From: the human T2T-CHM13v2.0 reference genome, Homo sapiens
Assembly (NCBI RefSeq): GCF_009914755.1
Contig: NC_060927.1
Direction: 5' to 3' (one strand)
DNA: 64,000 nucleotides
Made by a program: the position numbers and the translations under genes. Position 1 is the stretch's first letter. Every line of letters begins with the position of its first letter. The notes under the pieces are model-generated. The model ran no database searches. It had not been told where the DNA came from and saw only the letters and a program-made list of their open reading frames with translations. Of the stretch, positions 11,451 through 33,516 are shown one piece after another.

Positions 11451-13820
11451 CATATTTTTTTTTTGTGCATAGTCATAATAGTTAAATAGTTAAAATAATT
11501 TCATTACTCTACCCAAACCTGTAAGTTGGTGTCAATACCCTGATGGCATGTGTCCTTAAATTTAAAAAAAAATCATTATTACAAATATTTCCAAGGTAAT
11601 TAAGAGATAAAGGTGCTGGACCCTTGCTCACTGCCAGGTTCTCAAGGCTTCAGGGCAGCAGAAATGCAGGGCCTCAGATAAGCAGCGAGTCTGAGGAGGA
11701 GAGGAAAAGAGGAGATGAAAGAAAGGGTTAGGGAAGGAAGAGGGAAAGGAAACAAATCTCCATTTCTTCAGTCTCTCCACAAAGCAGATTTACCTTCTTG
11801 AGCTTGTGTGATAGCAGAAAAAGACAGTGCCATTCTCAAAAGCTCTGTCGAATGTTTGAAATTCCTTTGAGATAAAATAAAGGTTGACTTCTTAATAATC
11901 CATAGCCTTAAAATGAAAATTTTAAAACTTTGTTGGGACTTTTAGTCAGGGTGTGAAAAAGAATATTGGATCATTTACTGTTTTGCTAGGGGTTGGGGGT
12001 GAGAAATGCTGAAGAAAAAAAAAAAAAGTCTTTAGAAGGAAAAGGACATCCCAGTGAGCAAGTGAGGAGTGGGAGAAAGGAGGCAGGAAACAGCAGGACA
12101 AACGTGTTAGCTGTTGTCATCTCTCAGAGAGGAAGTTTGTCCTCCTCAGTGTAGAGGTTAAATAAAACTGTTCCTTTTCAGAAAGCTTTGAAAACATCAG
12201 GGCATGTTACTGTGAATGGAAATCAGTGTAAAATTGACTTTTTTTTTCACCTGTAAAATAGCTTTGAATTTATTAAAAAAAAAAAACTCGATGACTTAAG
12301 TAACAAAAATATTGACTCGTTATGACAAAAGTTTTTTACACAAAAGTTAGTTTATATTCTCCTCAATCCATCTTAGTGTCTGGTCCCATTTTGAAATTTG
12401 CTGAAGAGCAGTCAACCCCCTTTGCAAACTCACTTCCAGCTGAGCTTTAAGGTCTTATTTATCTGAGAAGGATTAACTCCTGCTACAGCTTAAAGATTCT
12501 TCTCTCAAGCTCTCTTGTCCACTCAACAATGCTTACTAAATGTCTGCCACGTGCCAGGCTCTATATGGGGATGCCTAGTAGCAAGATAAAGTTCTTGTTC
12601 TCATGGAGCTTACAGACTACAGGGGAAGAAGGAACAGATAAGTACAACCAAAAAAGGGTGTTGAGTTTGTATTCTGTTGTCTATATTTGTTTAGCACTTC
12701 AGTGTTTTTGGCAACATATTTTTATTTGCCCTTCAAAACACACCTCTAATACAGAAGACATATTCTTAGCACATTTTATAGGTATGGGAAAAGAGATGGG
12801 TTGAATCATTTGCTAGGGATCACTCAAACAGAAAGTGACCCAGGTAGGACTAGAAGGAATCATGCCTCCTCCATAAATAAATTCAGCCCCTTCTCCTTTT
12901 CTGGGTTTCTAAAGATGTTCTGCTTCCCTACGTTTCTTAACAATCACTTAGCTGAACATTTACCACCTCCCTTCTTTTTTGTATTCCAATACATTTTGTT
13001 ATAGAATCTTAGAAAAGGAATATGCAGCAGTGCTTTGAATTGTTTTATCACAAAAGTCATCAGCACAGCACCATCCAATTTAGGTCTGCCAGGCATAAGC
13101 ATGGATTTTTACGGGCCATGTAAGTCACCTCCTTATATCACTTAGGAAATGCACAAGATTCCCCAGAAGGGAGCTCCATTCCCTGCTTCTGTGAAGGAAA
13201 TATGCAAGCAGTTTTACCACAGAAACTTTCACTGCTCATCTGAGGTGGGTTCTTGGGTTGTGTACACACCACCACTGGCAAATTAGGGGTGGGCTGAAAG
13301 ATGAAGCCTCCTGCATCCTATCACCATCACTGACTAGAGAAATATTTAAATATTACAGGTCCAGATCGGGAAAATTCCTCCCTTTACTTGATTAAAGTTC
13401 CCAATGCAAAGGCAGAGGATAGGGAACAGAAACAGAGAACACAGAACATATAATAGTGGACTTATTTTTTGTTCATTTGTTGAAATAGCTTGCAATGCAT
13501 TGTGAAACTAAATGTCACCCCTCTGTCTGTCAAGCAGGTTAATATAAGTAATGCCTTTTGGCCAATCTGTATACAAATGTAGAATTGTGTGCAATTCTGT
13601 GTTAGTGGAATCAGTGTGCAAGGGGACTCATTTCTTTTCACTATGGAGGAACTCTGTGGATTGGAAGGTAGTGTTACATATGAATCCATTTTTATGTTGA
13701 AGCTGTGGAATCTAGTGAAAATGCCTAACTGAGCTTCTTGTAGAAGATTGCACTGGAAGATGTTCTTACATTATAAGATTTACATTAGTTACTTAACATA
13801 TTTACTATCTCTCAGTTTGC

Positions 13821-14129
13821 TTTTTTTTTTTTTTTTTTTTTTTTTTTTGAGACGGAGTCTCGTTCTGTCGCCCACGCTGGAGTGCAGTGGCACATCTCGG
13901 CTCACTGCAAGCTCCGCCTCCCAGGTTCACGCCATTCTCCTGCCTCAGCCTCCCGAGTAGGTGGGACTACAGGCGCCCGCCACCAAGTCCAGCTAATTTT
14001 TTCTATTTTTAGTAGAGACGGGGTTTCACCGTGTTAGCCTGGATGGTCTCGATCTCCTGACGTCGTGATCCGCCCTCCTGGGCCTCCCAAAGTGCTTGGG
14101 ATGACAGGCGTGAGCCACTGCACCCGGCC
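13821..14129 (-). mobile_element. AluY
   Basis: gcaagctccgcctcc..ttcacgccattctc diagnostics, CpG-rich, long T tail. Confidence 0.95.
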
Positions 14130-14543
14130 AGTTTACATATTTTTTATGTGAAGAAATAACCAGATGAGAAGACTTAAAAAAAATTGATATGTGTTCTTAT
14201 GAGCCCTGGGTTTTCGGTAAACATAAGAGAATCCTTTTCCGATTGAGCCCCCCATGTTGGTATCCAAGCAGCCTGATACACCGGGAAAAGGGTGACCTTC
14301 AGAGACATGCAGGGCTGGTCTGAATCTGTGGTCTGCATTTTTTAACCTTGGAAAAGTTACTTATCTTGGTTAGTCTTGGTTTTTACTTCTGTGCAATGGG
14401 ATTCACACTACCTGCACAACAGGGTTGTTGTGATGTTTAAGTGAGAAACATAAAGTGCCTGATTCATTCTCCCTCAAAGGTAGGTGGTGAGGGGTGGTTT
14501 ACTCTATTCAAATGCACATTGGAAACAAGCAAACACTTGCGCA

Positions 14544-14544
<1 letters not shown>

Positions 14545-14574
<30 letters not shown>
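14545..14574. repeat. (CA)n microsatellite
   Basis: Directly visible. Confidence 0.95.
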
Positions 14575-14576
<2 letters not shown>

Positions 14577-14921
14577 CATAACATATAATACGATGACATA
14601 ACTAAAATGTCTTTCAGAGCAATACAAGTAATGGGTAAAATTCACCTAAAGAAAATGACAATAAGGTTGAATTACAAAGTATTACCTAAAACTGAACTTT
14701 ATGTTATTTTCAAATGACAAAATGAACTAAAAAGCAATTCAATAAGGCTGAACAAAAAGGATGGGCAATGTATCAGGCAAGTATAAACAACAAAAAGCAG
14801 AGTTCACAATCAGTACCAGGCAACACTGAAATCAGGGCAACGATACCCCTGATTTACAAGTACCAGACAAAAAGCAATTTATAATGATGAAGACGATGAT
14901 CCACAAGATGTGATTACGTCA

Positions 14922-15176
<255 letters not shown>

Positions 15177-16118
15177 TTAAATAAGGAATTTTAAGTCTCT
15201 TCATTCATGACAGAGATAGTGGAGGACAATAAATAAGGCAAAGCAGGATATTAAATATTGAATATCATACACGAGTTTCATATTATAGATATGCAGACTA
15301 CTCCTTTTTTAAAGTGACCATGAAGCATTCATAAATTTGACCACAAAATTTAAAAAATTTAAGGCACTATAAATGATACTCTTATTCAACTAAGAATTAG
15401 AAAGCTTAAAAATGGATGAACCCAAATTTGACTCTCTTAAATATAAAAATTCCTTAAATAATTCCTGGGTCAAAGTGAAAATCAAAATGAAAACTTTGTC
15501 ATATCAGACATAATACAGATGTATACCACAAAATGCAACAAAAAAGTGAGTTGCATAGTGTGTGTGTGCATGGACTGGTGTGGTGCATGCACACACACAC
15601 GCACACACACACATTTGCTCATATACGTAGACAGCTTTCTCTTCTGAGGTCTTCCAAGAAGATCTAGGGGTGACTCACTAACAGCCTTCAGAAATACTGA
15701 ATTTAATATGAAGAGGAGGCTGATTCATTTCTCCTTTATCTAAAGAATCTGAATGATGCTTTAAATCAGTTGTGTCATATGTACATTAAAAGAGTAAGGT
15801 GTTTACACTCATTAACAAGTGGGTGTTATTAAAGTTAAGTTCACACTAACAGGGAGAAACTGAAACCCAGAGATGCTGATAAGTCTCAAGTCACCCCGCT
15901 CCACTTGGGACCCAGCAGCTGCTCCCTGAATACATGGCTGCCTGCTTCCTTCTTCAGAACGCTCTCCTCCTTATCCCGCTTTGTTCAGGAGAACTGGTTT
16001 ACCCCACTAAGGGCCACAGGGCGCAAGTAGAATGGCCTTAAAACAACAAGCCAAGGGAATAAGTAAATACATACTTTGATTGAAGCATTTTTTTCTGACT
16101 TAATGTTTATTTTCACAG

Positions 16119-16225
16119 ACTTCTCTATCAACTCTTGGCATAGCACTGAAATTCTATAACTATTCAATAACCAAGAAGAGTATGAAAGGCTGTGAGCATG
16201 GATGGTGGGAAATTAATGAGCACAT
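16119..16225 (+). CDS. TMPRSS7: TMPRSS7 exon, CUB2 (TSLSTLGIALKFYNY...WWEINEHM)
   Basis: tttcacag / AT|gtaagt; 107 nt, phase 0->2. Confidence 0.95.
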
Positions 16226-16795
16226 GTAAGTGATTTTCATATGTTTTCATATGTGAGGCATCTGATGAAAAGTTCATAGCTGTGTGTTCCTTGTCCTCAA
16301 AGAGTTTGCGCTTTACCATTTACAGTTAGGGAAACTGAGGGATATAGGAGTTATGTAACTTGCTCAAGGCCATGCAGCTCATGAGTGATGGAGGCAGGAT
16401 TCAAACCCATGTCTTAGGGCTCCTGCCCCACCACTGCTCTCTGCTGCTGGGCTACAGATATGTATATTCCACACTTCACAAGAGTATTTGGCAGATGAGT
16501 TTTTCAAATCCTGGATCCATGGGGGAATATAATAAATTGGGGTTCTGCTGAAAAAAAATGTTAGAGACCATTGACCAATTCTGTGTGGTAGGAAAGTCCC
16601 AGTTGGCCTGGCTGGATCCTGAGACTGGGAAATGGGTTGAAGCTAATCAGAAATCTAGGGGCTTAGGGCTAGAACCAATCTACTTGGCTGTAGAACCAAT
16701 GTACTAGGTGCTCACTCTCACTCTTAATTTGTCTCTTAATTATTGTTGTTGATTTCCTTCTAAATCTATAACAGATTACATAGGCACTGAATTAA

Positions 16796-17119
<324 letters not shown>

Positions 17120-19027
17120 CTTGAATAGGTTTTCAAAAATACAGGATGCCCTGTCTTGACCACAGAATATCTTCTTAGTTCACTTTCAGAGAATTCTGTT
17201 AAGTTAAAGGATTTGCTGCTACTTCTTTGCTCATTGTTATTCTATGAGTGAAACCTTCCCTTTCTAAGTGCTTTTTCAGAACAAACTTCTTTCAATTCCT
17301 TTAGACAGACTACTCGCAAAATAACTGGTCCTGTCTTCATTGGAATAGGCTTTATCAAATTTAAGGACATTCTTGGATTCACTATTAAAATGCAGACTGT
17401 ATTGTTTTGGGGAGTGTAATTGAATCAAGACTCTATGTTGTGGGAGTCAGAAGACCTGGGTTCAAGTTCCAGCTCTATCGTTTAGTAGCTACATTAACTA
17501 GGGCAAATTATTTAACTTCTTTGAGTTTTGGTTGGTGAAATGAGGTAATGATTCTTAATAAGTTTTTCTTGTTTGTTTTTTGGTTTGCATTTACGAAATC
17601 ATGTATACCACAAAGCAAAAAATACTAGCTATTATTAATATGAATAACAAGATTGTTTTTGAAATGACACTTGTTGGATAAATACTATAGAACGTGCCCC
17701 CAAGGCTTTAAAGATACTGCATTTTGGTATTTAATTAAAATAGAGATTTGTAAAGAAAACAAATCTTTACAAATCTTTTGTGAAGGTGTAAGCCTGTGAC
17801 GGAGCTGTGCTTTGAAAATGAGGGACTATTTTATCCCTAAATCACAACAACGACCCGGGATGTGTTTATTGCTGCCTAAGTAGGAGCAGAATCTGCTCCC
17901 AAGCAATACCAGGAAAGCTCTCTCAGCCCCATCCTTTCCTAAAGGGCCAGTTCTTCACTAGGCTTGTGGGCTGGCTGAAATCCTATCAGATTCATTTGAT
18001 GCTTCTTTACCCTCAGGATTTAAAATGCCAGCCCTTCACATTATCAAGTACTTTTCATCTAAAAAGGAAAAGCTCTAATTGTGCTAACTAGACACCTTGC
18101 TGAGCAGTTAGCCTAAGGAAATTGAGGCTATAATGGGGAAGGAGGAAAAAGTAATCCTGACTGGAAGAAGCCTAATGATCTCCTCTAGACAGCCTGGGGG
18201 TGAGGTGTGAATGCTCAGGGCAGCTGGACTACGGTATATGAACCCCGAAGAAATGGATGGCCTTTTTACAAAGATTTAGCAGGACAGAACTGCTTTGGTG
18301 TGCTAGAGTTTAGCATCAGGCCAGTTGGCATCCAAATCTTGGTTTTACTTACTTGCTATTTGAACTTTGGCAAGTTATTTCACGTCTTTATGTCTTAGTT
18401 TCCTCACTTGTCATGTGTCTGTCTATATAAACTGACTCTTGCTGGCTTTCTCGTGTTTCTCAGTTTTAAAACTCATTTCACAAGCCACCATTATTCCCCA
18501 TTGCATACTCTCCCCCTTTAAACTCCAGCCCAAGCCTGTGATCTCTTTCCTCTTGATTCCCCTTAACATGCCTAGCAAGGCTCATCTTTGCAAGGAAACT
18601 CTACTAAATGTTAATGGTGAGCACAAAGGAAATCACTATGAGATTCAGATAACATAATCAGCATGTTTTTATGGGCACAGGATTCTGATCTCAAGATGGC
18701 CAACTCTGACTCCAAAAGTTTGGCATGGCTTGGCTTTCAGGTGCCTCTCAGACCCTGGCTCCCAGTTAGCCAGAAGGACATCTGCACTTGCCATCTCTTC
18801 CTCATACCTCAGGAGTTGGTCTAACAGGTTATCAGTTCCTGTACTTCAGCCAATTGCAAAAGACTCTTCCTGAAAAACACATGAATGCTTTCCTCCTTTA
18901 ATCCTTAAAATCACAGGTTATCTGTGCTCCTGAATGCCAGTGTCTGATCCATGGAAGATGCCTGTTTCCCGAGTGCTTTAGGGGCCTAGAGTAATTGGCA
19001 TCACAGGTTCCAGTGGAGGTCATTACC

Positions 19028-20115
19028 TATTGGGGAACCTGCCCCCGATAGTCATGTAGGTTCTTTTCTATTTTCCCTAAGCATCGGCTGGGTTGAGAAA
19101 TAAAGGGACAGAGTACAAAAGAGAGAAATTTTAAAGCTGGCTGTCTGGGGGAGACATCACATGTTGGTAGATTCCGTGATGCCCCACAAGCCGCAAAAGC
19201 AGCAAGTTTTTATTAGTGATTTTCAAAAGGGGAGGGAGTGTACGAATAGGGTGTGGGTCACAGAGATCATGTACTTCACAAGGTAATAGAATATCACAAG
19301 GCAAATGGAGGCAGGGCGAGATCACAGGACCACAGGACCGGGGCAAAATTAAAATTGCTAATGAAGTTTCGGGCACACATTGTCATTGATAACATCTTAT
19401 CAGGAGACAGGGTTTGAGAGCAGACAACCGGTCTGACCAAAAATTTATTAGGCGGGAATTTCCTCGTCCTAATAAGCCTGGGAGCACTAAGGGAGACTGG
19501 GGCTTATTTCATCCCTACAGTCTCGATCATAGAAGATGACCACACCCAAGGGGGCCATTTTAGAGGCCCACCCTCAGGGGCACATTCTCTTTCTTAGGGA
19601 TGTTCCTTGCTGAGAAAAAGAATTCAGTGATATTTCTCCCATTTGCTTTTGAAAGAAGAGAAATATGGCTGTGTTCTGCCTGGCTCACCAGCGGTCAGAG
19701 TTTAAGGTTATCTCTCTTGTTCCCTGAACATTGCTGTTATCCTGTTCTTTTTCCAAGGTGCCCAGATTTCATATTGTTCAAACACACATGCTCTACAAAC
19801 AATTTGTGCAGTTAACGCAATCATCACAGGGTCCTGAGGTGACATACATCCTCCTCACCTTACAAAATGATGGGATTAAGAGATTAAAGTAAAGACAGGT
19901 GTAGGAAATCACAAGGTTATTGATTGGGGAAGTGATAAGTGTCCATGAAATCTTCACAATTTATGTTTAGAGATTTGCAGTAAAGACAGGCATAAGAAAT
20001 TATAAAAGTGTTAATCTGGGGAACTAATAAATGTCCATGAAATCTTCAGAATCCACGTTCTTCTGCCATGGCTTCAGCCGGTCCCTCCATTCAGGGTCCC
20101 TGACTTCCCACAACA
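19028..20115 (-). mobile_element. MER11 solo LTR (HERV-K HML-8)
   Basis: Reverse complement begins tgttgtgggaagtcagggacc..gaagccatggcagaagaac; 6-bp TSD attacc (19022-27, 20116-21). Confidence 0.9.
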
Positions 20116-20880
20116 ATTACCCCCAAGCCTTGTGTCTGCTGTCTCCCATCAAGATCTTTCAGGTTTCTCTGTGGGAAGAGCCTCATCTACACAGGGCGGT
20201 GGACTAACTTACGGGCCTGCAATATAATAATACTGTATGCTATGCTCCACTAACCACAGTGCTAATGTAGTGAGAATTATTAACAGGAGGGATATTTTCT
20301 CTAAAGGATACTGGGGGGCATTAGGTGATGAGAGGTAAGAAAAAATAATCAAGGTAGGGAAATATTGGAGACGGACATTAATTCTTTGAAATTTTGCCAA
20401 GGACAAGCCCTTATGTGCACGTCAGATTTCAATTTAGACTGAAATAATGTTGTCTTTTGCTTTTAGTCTTGCTGGAATTCTTTGCATATTTTCAACCTGA
20501 TTGAATGAACTCCACTTTGCTTGGCAGAGCGGCTTGTTGACAAAAGCAGGCAATTCTTACATTACACAGGTTTTCACATTGTAAAAGGAGAGAAAACTGG
20601 GAGAATTAAATCCATATTTCTTTGGATCATAAGTGATGGTGAGGAAAGCAACAGGTCAATGGTACTATTATTGTTCCATTAAGCAGAGGAGAAAATAAAG
20701 AGGGCAGAAGTTACTTGATCACAGTCACATGGCCTAGAATGAATAACTACCATTAGCTCTACCATACGCATCTCTGTTTGTGAAAACCAAATGACCAAAG
20801 TATTAGAGAATTCACCATGAATGGGAATTCAGTCGACAGAACCTCAAGCTGTGTATTCTCCCCGACTCTTGTCTCCCCAG

Positions 20881-21017
20881 GTACTGTGGCTCCTACATGG
20901 ATCATCAGACAATTTTTCGAGTGCCCAGCCCTCTGGTTCACATTCAGCTCCAGTGCAGTTCAAGGCTTTCAGACAAGCCACTTTTGGCAGAATATGGCAG
21001 TTACAACATCAGTCAAC
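20881..21017 (+). CDS. TMPRSS7: TMPRSS7 exon, CUB2 end (YCGSYMDHQTIF...YNISQ)
   Basis: tctccccag / C|gtaagc; 137 nt, phase 2->1. Confidence 0.95.
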
Positions 21018-22618
21018 GTAAGCCTAGGATCACCTCCTTAGGAAAACTTAATACTTACATAGAGGATAACATTTTATAATTCCAAACCGTGAGAATTTAA
21101 GAAATGAATACTGCTTTATTTCTGCTATTTCCTTTTACATACTTATTTCTATAATAAATAATAATTATAAAATACAAATAAATATAACAAATATATAAGA
21201 TTACATATTTATTACTACTATACTTTGAATTATTAAAGAAATAATATAACTTTTTAATATTACTGATTTATAGTTGAAAAATAATTTCTTACACTATTCC
21301 TTAAAGACAAGACATGTATTGGTTTGTAGTTCTTGCTAGCCATCATTCTCTGTAAATATGATGTTTACACCAACATGTAGTGGATCCAAAGCCAACACTT
21401 GTCACTCACTTTGGCCTGTGTTTGCACAGGAAGAGCTGTTTGGTAGAGGGAGTTCAAATATCAGCCCTCAGAATATTGAGTTTGAAATTCATACTGAAAA
21501 CTACTGGAAGAGCGGCCAGGAAGTGCTCATCAGAAAAGGCAATGTGTGAGGGAAGTCATTAGAACTACAGAGAGTGGGTAATGACATGCTCAGGAAATCT
21601 TTGACCCATCTTAAGAGGGAAAAAGTAAAGATTGCCCACTGAAGAGTCCACAGGGATATGACTTGAGAGAACATTTCTTTAGACCATGTCCTTCTTTGCC
21701 AATCCCTAATAGATCTTCTTCTAGATTAAGAATATTACATCCTGAATTACAGAGTATTACAGTTTCCAGCAGAGTCACAGGTAGATAAAGCAAGCTGTCT
21801 TATTTTTAATTGTTTTTTTAAACCATAACTATTTTCCAGCATCTCATCCATTCCATCATGTGCCATTGAAATAGTGTTTCCCTCGACCATACACTTTCCC
21901 CCATTCTTTTGCAAAAGGGGAGGAAGGATTCATTATTTCTCTAATGTTTACCTACGAACTCAGGATGAATGATTCAAGATCGGGAATGAATCTTGAATCA
22001 GGGAATGGATCATTAATCAGAAGCCTGGTTGAAGAGGAAAGACTAGTGGACAGGGAGGTAAGGGGCAGGAGTCTGGGTTCGAGGCCAGTAAGTAATCTCT
22101 CTAGGTCCAACGTGATAAGAGCAGTGGTTACTAATATGTTTTGGAGCACAGCTCACTTGAAAATGTAATTTAAGACATACAGGATAACTCATCTGATCAC
22201 AGAAGATTCAGGGACACCAGAAGTCAATTTAAGATTCTCTAGTGCTGTCTAAAGACTCCACATTAGGAATGCTGGGCTCCCTTAGGTATGTTCCAACTTT
22301 CACATTCTTCAGGTATATGACAAAGTCACCCAGCTGAGACTAGACTATGGAGATAGTAGAAGTTTGCTTGTGCATATGACCTGAATGCAGTGCTCACAGA
22401 GAGCTCCAGGTGGATACTGCTTTCTTCTTTGCTCTTCTGTGTTCCGCTTTTTTGTCTTTCAATGACTGGCAGCCTTCATTTGATGAAGACACTATGTAAT
22501 TATTACTGCTACCCTGCCAACTCCCTAACCACTTCACACTTTAAATTTGCTAATGTGGTCTAGTGATTTCAGGGATCTATCCAAGATTTTCTATTTTTTG
22601 ATTTTTTGTTGCCCATAG

Positions 22619-22726
22619 CCTGCCCTGTTGGATCTTTTAGATGCTCCTCCGGTTTATGTGTCCCTCAGGCCCAGCGTTGTGATGGAGTAAATGACTGCTT
22701 TGATGAAAGTGATGAACTGTTTTGCG
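22619..22726 (+). CDS. TMPRSS7: TMPRSS7 exon, LDLa1 ([35 protein letters not shown])
   Basis: cccatag / G|gtgggt; 108 nt, phase 1->1; six Cys plus DxSDE motif. Confidence 0.97.
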
Positions 22727-22814
22727 GTGGGTATTCAAGATTTTAATATGACTTTCTTATGAATAAGTAACTTCTCAGGACCATGATTGCTGCTGATATA
22801 TATCCTTAGTATTT

Positions 22815-23290
22815 GTAGTTATTATCTATTACTGCATAACCAACTACCCCAAAACCCAGTGACTTAAACAATCATTTATTCTTGATCATGCATCTGTGGA
22901 TTTTCTGGGATCTGACTAATCTAGGCTGGGCTCATATGGGTGGCTCTGCTTCAAGCATTGGGTCCACCTGAGCTTGGTTCTTCCAATATTGGAATCAGCT
23001 CTACTTTTGATGGCTCTTTTCCTCATTGAGCCAGTGGGCTAGTCATGGCAGTGGCAAAAGGAAAAGAGGGGAGAGCAGCAGCACATGGTTTCTCATAAGG
23101 CCTGGGCTTGGAACTGGCACACCATCATTTGTGTTACATTCTATTGTTCAAATCAAGTCACATACTTGAGAACAAAGTCAGGGGCAGGGAAATTCACTCT
23201 GTACACCTTGGGGCTATGGTAACACTGGGGTGCATAATACTACCACGGGGAGTAAAGATCTGTGGCTAATAATTTAATTTACCACAATCT
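22815..23290 (-). mobile_element. MLT1 MaLR LTR
   Basis: ttatctattactgcataac..ccccaaaac..gacttaaacaa start, accaca end. Confidence 0.6.
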
Positions 23291-23416
23291 TAAACACCGA
23301 AATCCTGTTTGAAGGCACAGATTCTCCATCTAGAGAGAAGCTCAGAATTTGCAGAGAAGTGCTCTTTCAGCGTGCTCCTTTATGAAGCCCAGATCCCATA
23401 TGTTGTTTGTAAATAA

Positions 23417-23767
<351 letters not shown>

Positions 23768-24135
23768 CATAAAAGAAAAAGTTTTGTTGTTATTTTTCTA
23801 ACCTGTACAATTTGTATTGACATCACATTGGTGAAGACTAAGGTGTGGGGTAACTGGATATTCTTATTTTGGGTGGAGAATCTCTGTCTTAATTTTTCAT
23901 GACTATTTGTACCTCATTCTTGAATCTATCTCTAGTTTCAGGGAGCAATATGGGAAGGACAATTCACTGGACTATGTGACACCATTGGCAGCATTTTGTC
24001 CTGAAGGTCCAGAGTGTTTAAATCAAATACAGTTACAATGATGATGCTATTTAATCTTTTGTGTATCCTTGGAAAAATATAGTTAATATGCTATATCTAA
24101 CAGTGAAAATTATATTAATAAAAAATAACCTGTGA

Positions 24136-24443
<308 letters not shown>

Positions 24444-25495
24444 TTTATACCTTATTTTTTTAATTGACAAAACAAAACACAAAATTTGTCTTAGCTTATG
24501 GTTCATTGATTATTTAAATCTATAGTATTCTATTTCTTAAGAAAATAAATACTGATCATTATATAATGACTGAGTTTTTTTACATTATTATTTTTTGTGC
24601 TGATTCTCCAAACAAAAATGATTATTGTTAATTTATAATAAGGACTGTTTTTTGGTAATCATTATTCCTCATTGTGCCATTTTTTGGAGCTATTCTCTAA
24701 GAGTCCATTAGGTATACTGAGGGACCTAATGAACAATTTTAGGGCAGCAATATCCTCCTACCTGCCCTCACAAGAGCTAGCTCTGAAAAAACAGGTGCAG
24801 ATAGCAAAACTGATAACTATTCACAAAACCAGAAATGTCTAAGGAATCATACTTTCTAAATTTGCTTGCTTGTACTTGTTGCTGGTCTAAAAGCAATTCA
24901 TGAAACTATTCCAAAGAGGAAAAACATGATAGATTTACATTAATATTTCCTAATTCAGGAAATGGATCTCATCAGACAAAATAATTCCAAAGAGACCACA
25001 GGGCCACATAAACCCAAAGTCTGTTATCCTTTAAGATCTCACATTCATGAATTCATTCAACAAACCTTGAGTAAACAACTGCTATTTGTTCGGGGGCTTG
25101 AGGTACGGAGATGAAGAAGACAAAATCTCCAATCTCAGGACACTCTTATTTTGCTTCAGAAGGTAGACGAGTTTGATTTAGATCACAGCTTATGATTTCT
25201 ATCTCCCTTAAAATAAATTACTATGATGCATTTAATTGTAACTAAATAAACAAGCCATCAGAGTTTAACGCATTTATACAAAAGCAAAAATCAGATCTGA
25301 CAAAACGTGCTAGAAATCACACCAAAGTTTAAACACCTACTTTTCCTCATGGAAGTGTCAGTTTTGAGGAAAATACACTTTTTGTTTTATAGGTCATCCT
25401 AATGATTTGTACCTTGAGACTGGCACTGCTGATCATCAGAGAACCCAGCTGGTGTCTCAGGCTCGTGAACTTTCTGTTTTTATTTTTTATTCTAG

Positions 25496-25606
25496 TGAGC
25501 CCTCAACCTGCCTGCAATACCAGCTCCTTCAGGCAGCATGGCCCTCTCATCTGTGATGGCTTCAGGGACTGTGAGAATGGCCGGGATGAGCAAAACTGCA
25601 CTCAAA
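25496..25606 (+). CDS. TMPRSS7: TMPRSS7 exon, atypical LDLa2 (CNTSSFRQHGPLICDGFRDCENGRDEQNC)
   Basis: ttctag / A|gtgagg; 111 nt, phase 1->1. Confidence 0.95.
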
Positions 25607-25879
25607 GTGAGGGAGAGTCCTCTGTGCCCTGCTGTTCCTCCTATGAAACTCTTCTAAATCAGGACAAAAATACCTCTGATGGGTTAGGGGTTAGGGCAAT
25701 CAACTTGTCCCAGGTTCTCTGGAACTTCTCCAGTTTTAGCACTGAAAGTCCCTTGTCTTGGGAACCCCTTTAGTCCCAAGGGGACAAATAGGGACAGTTG
25801 GTCACTCTAAATGGAGTGGAATGTGTGTATGTGTGTGAGTGTGTGTGTGTGTTCATGTGTGAATACTGGCAGATTCTCC

Positions 25880-32823
<6,944 letters not shown>

Positions 32824-33399
32824 TAATACTGGCAGTTTCTTATTGCTTACTTGCTTTTAATGATGCTCAGGATTGTAGGATACAGAGGACCTGATGTAGA
32901 GGAACTTGCCAAATACTGGAATGGAACACGTTCCACTCTCACCCTTGAAGAAACAAACCTCCAAGGTTGTGAACAAATGTGTTGTAATTCACAAGTCTGT
33001 CCATTTTGCCTCCTACTGATATAAAATAACTGAGCATGGCTGTGATTTTTGCTCAAAAGTTTTCTTGGAGAATAAGAGAAGGTAATAGCAAAGAGGCTGC
33101 AGCCTAAAGCCACTGATATGTCGCACTTCTTCATGTCTCACCTGCTATGGGAGAAAGAAGAGGTGGTTGGATTGATTCTCAACAAATATGCCTGCCAGCG
33201 TTCAAATGGCTTTTCTTAGGTGAAGAAATGGATCACTGTGAGGTTGCTTCTCTTCTCTCTGCCATTTATCCCAGAGCAGCAAATACCAATCCTGTGATTA
33301 AACCATTTTTTATGGGGTTTGGAGTTATTCATTCAAATCTCATTCACTCAAGTTTGTTTCTGGCTAAGGAAAGCTGTTTCTTCTTTTGTCCATTGTTAG

Positions 33400-33516
33400 G
33401 TATTCCATGCAACAACAGAACTTTTAAGTGTGGCAATGATATTTGCTTTAGGAAACAAAATGCAAAATGTGATGGGACAGTGGATTGTCCAGATGGAAGT
33501 GATGAAGAAGGCTGCA
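33400..33516 (+). CDS. TMPRSS7: TMPRSS7 exon, LDLa3 (CNNRTFKCGNDICFRKQNAKCDGTVDCPDGSDEEGC)
   Basis: ttgttag / A|gtaagt; 117 nt, phase 1->1. Confidence 0.97.
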
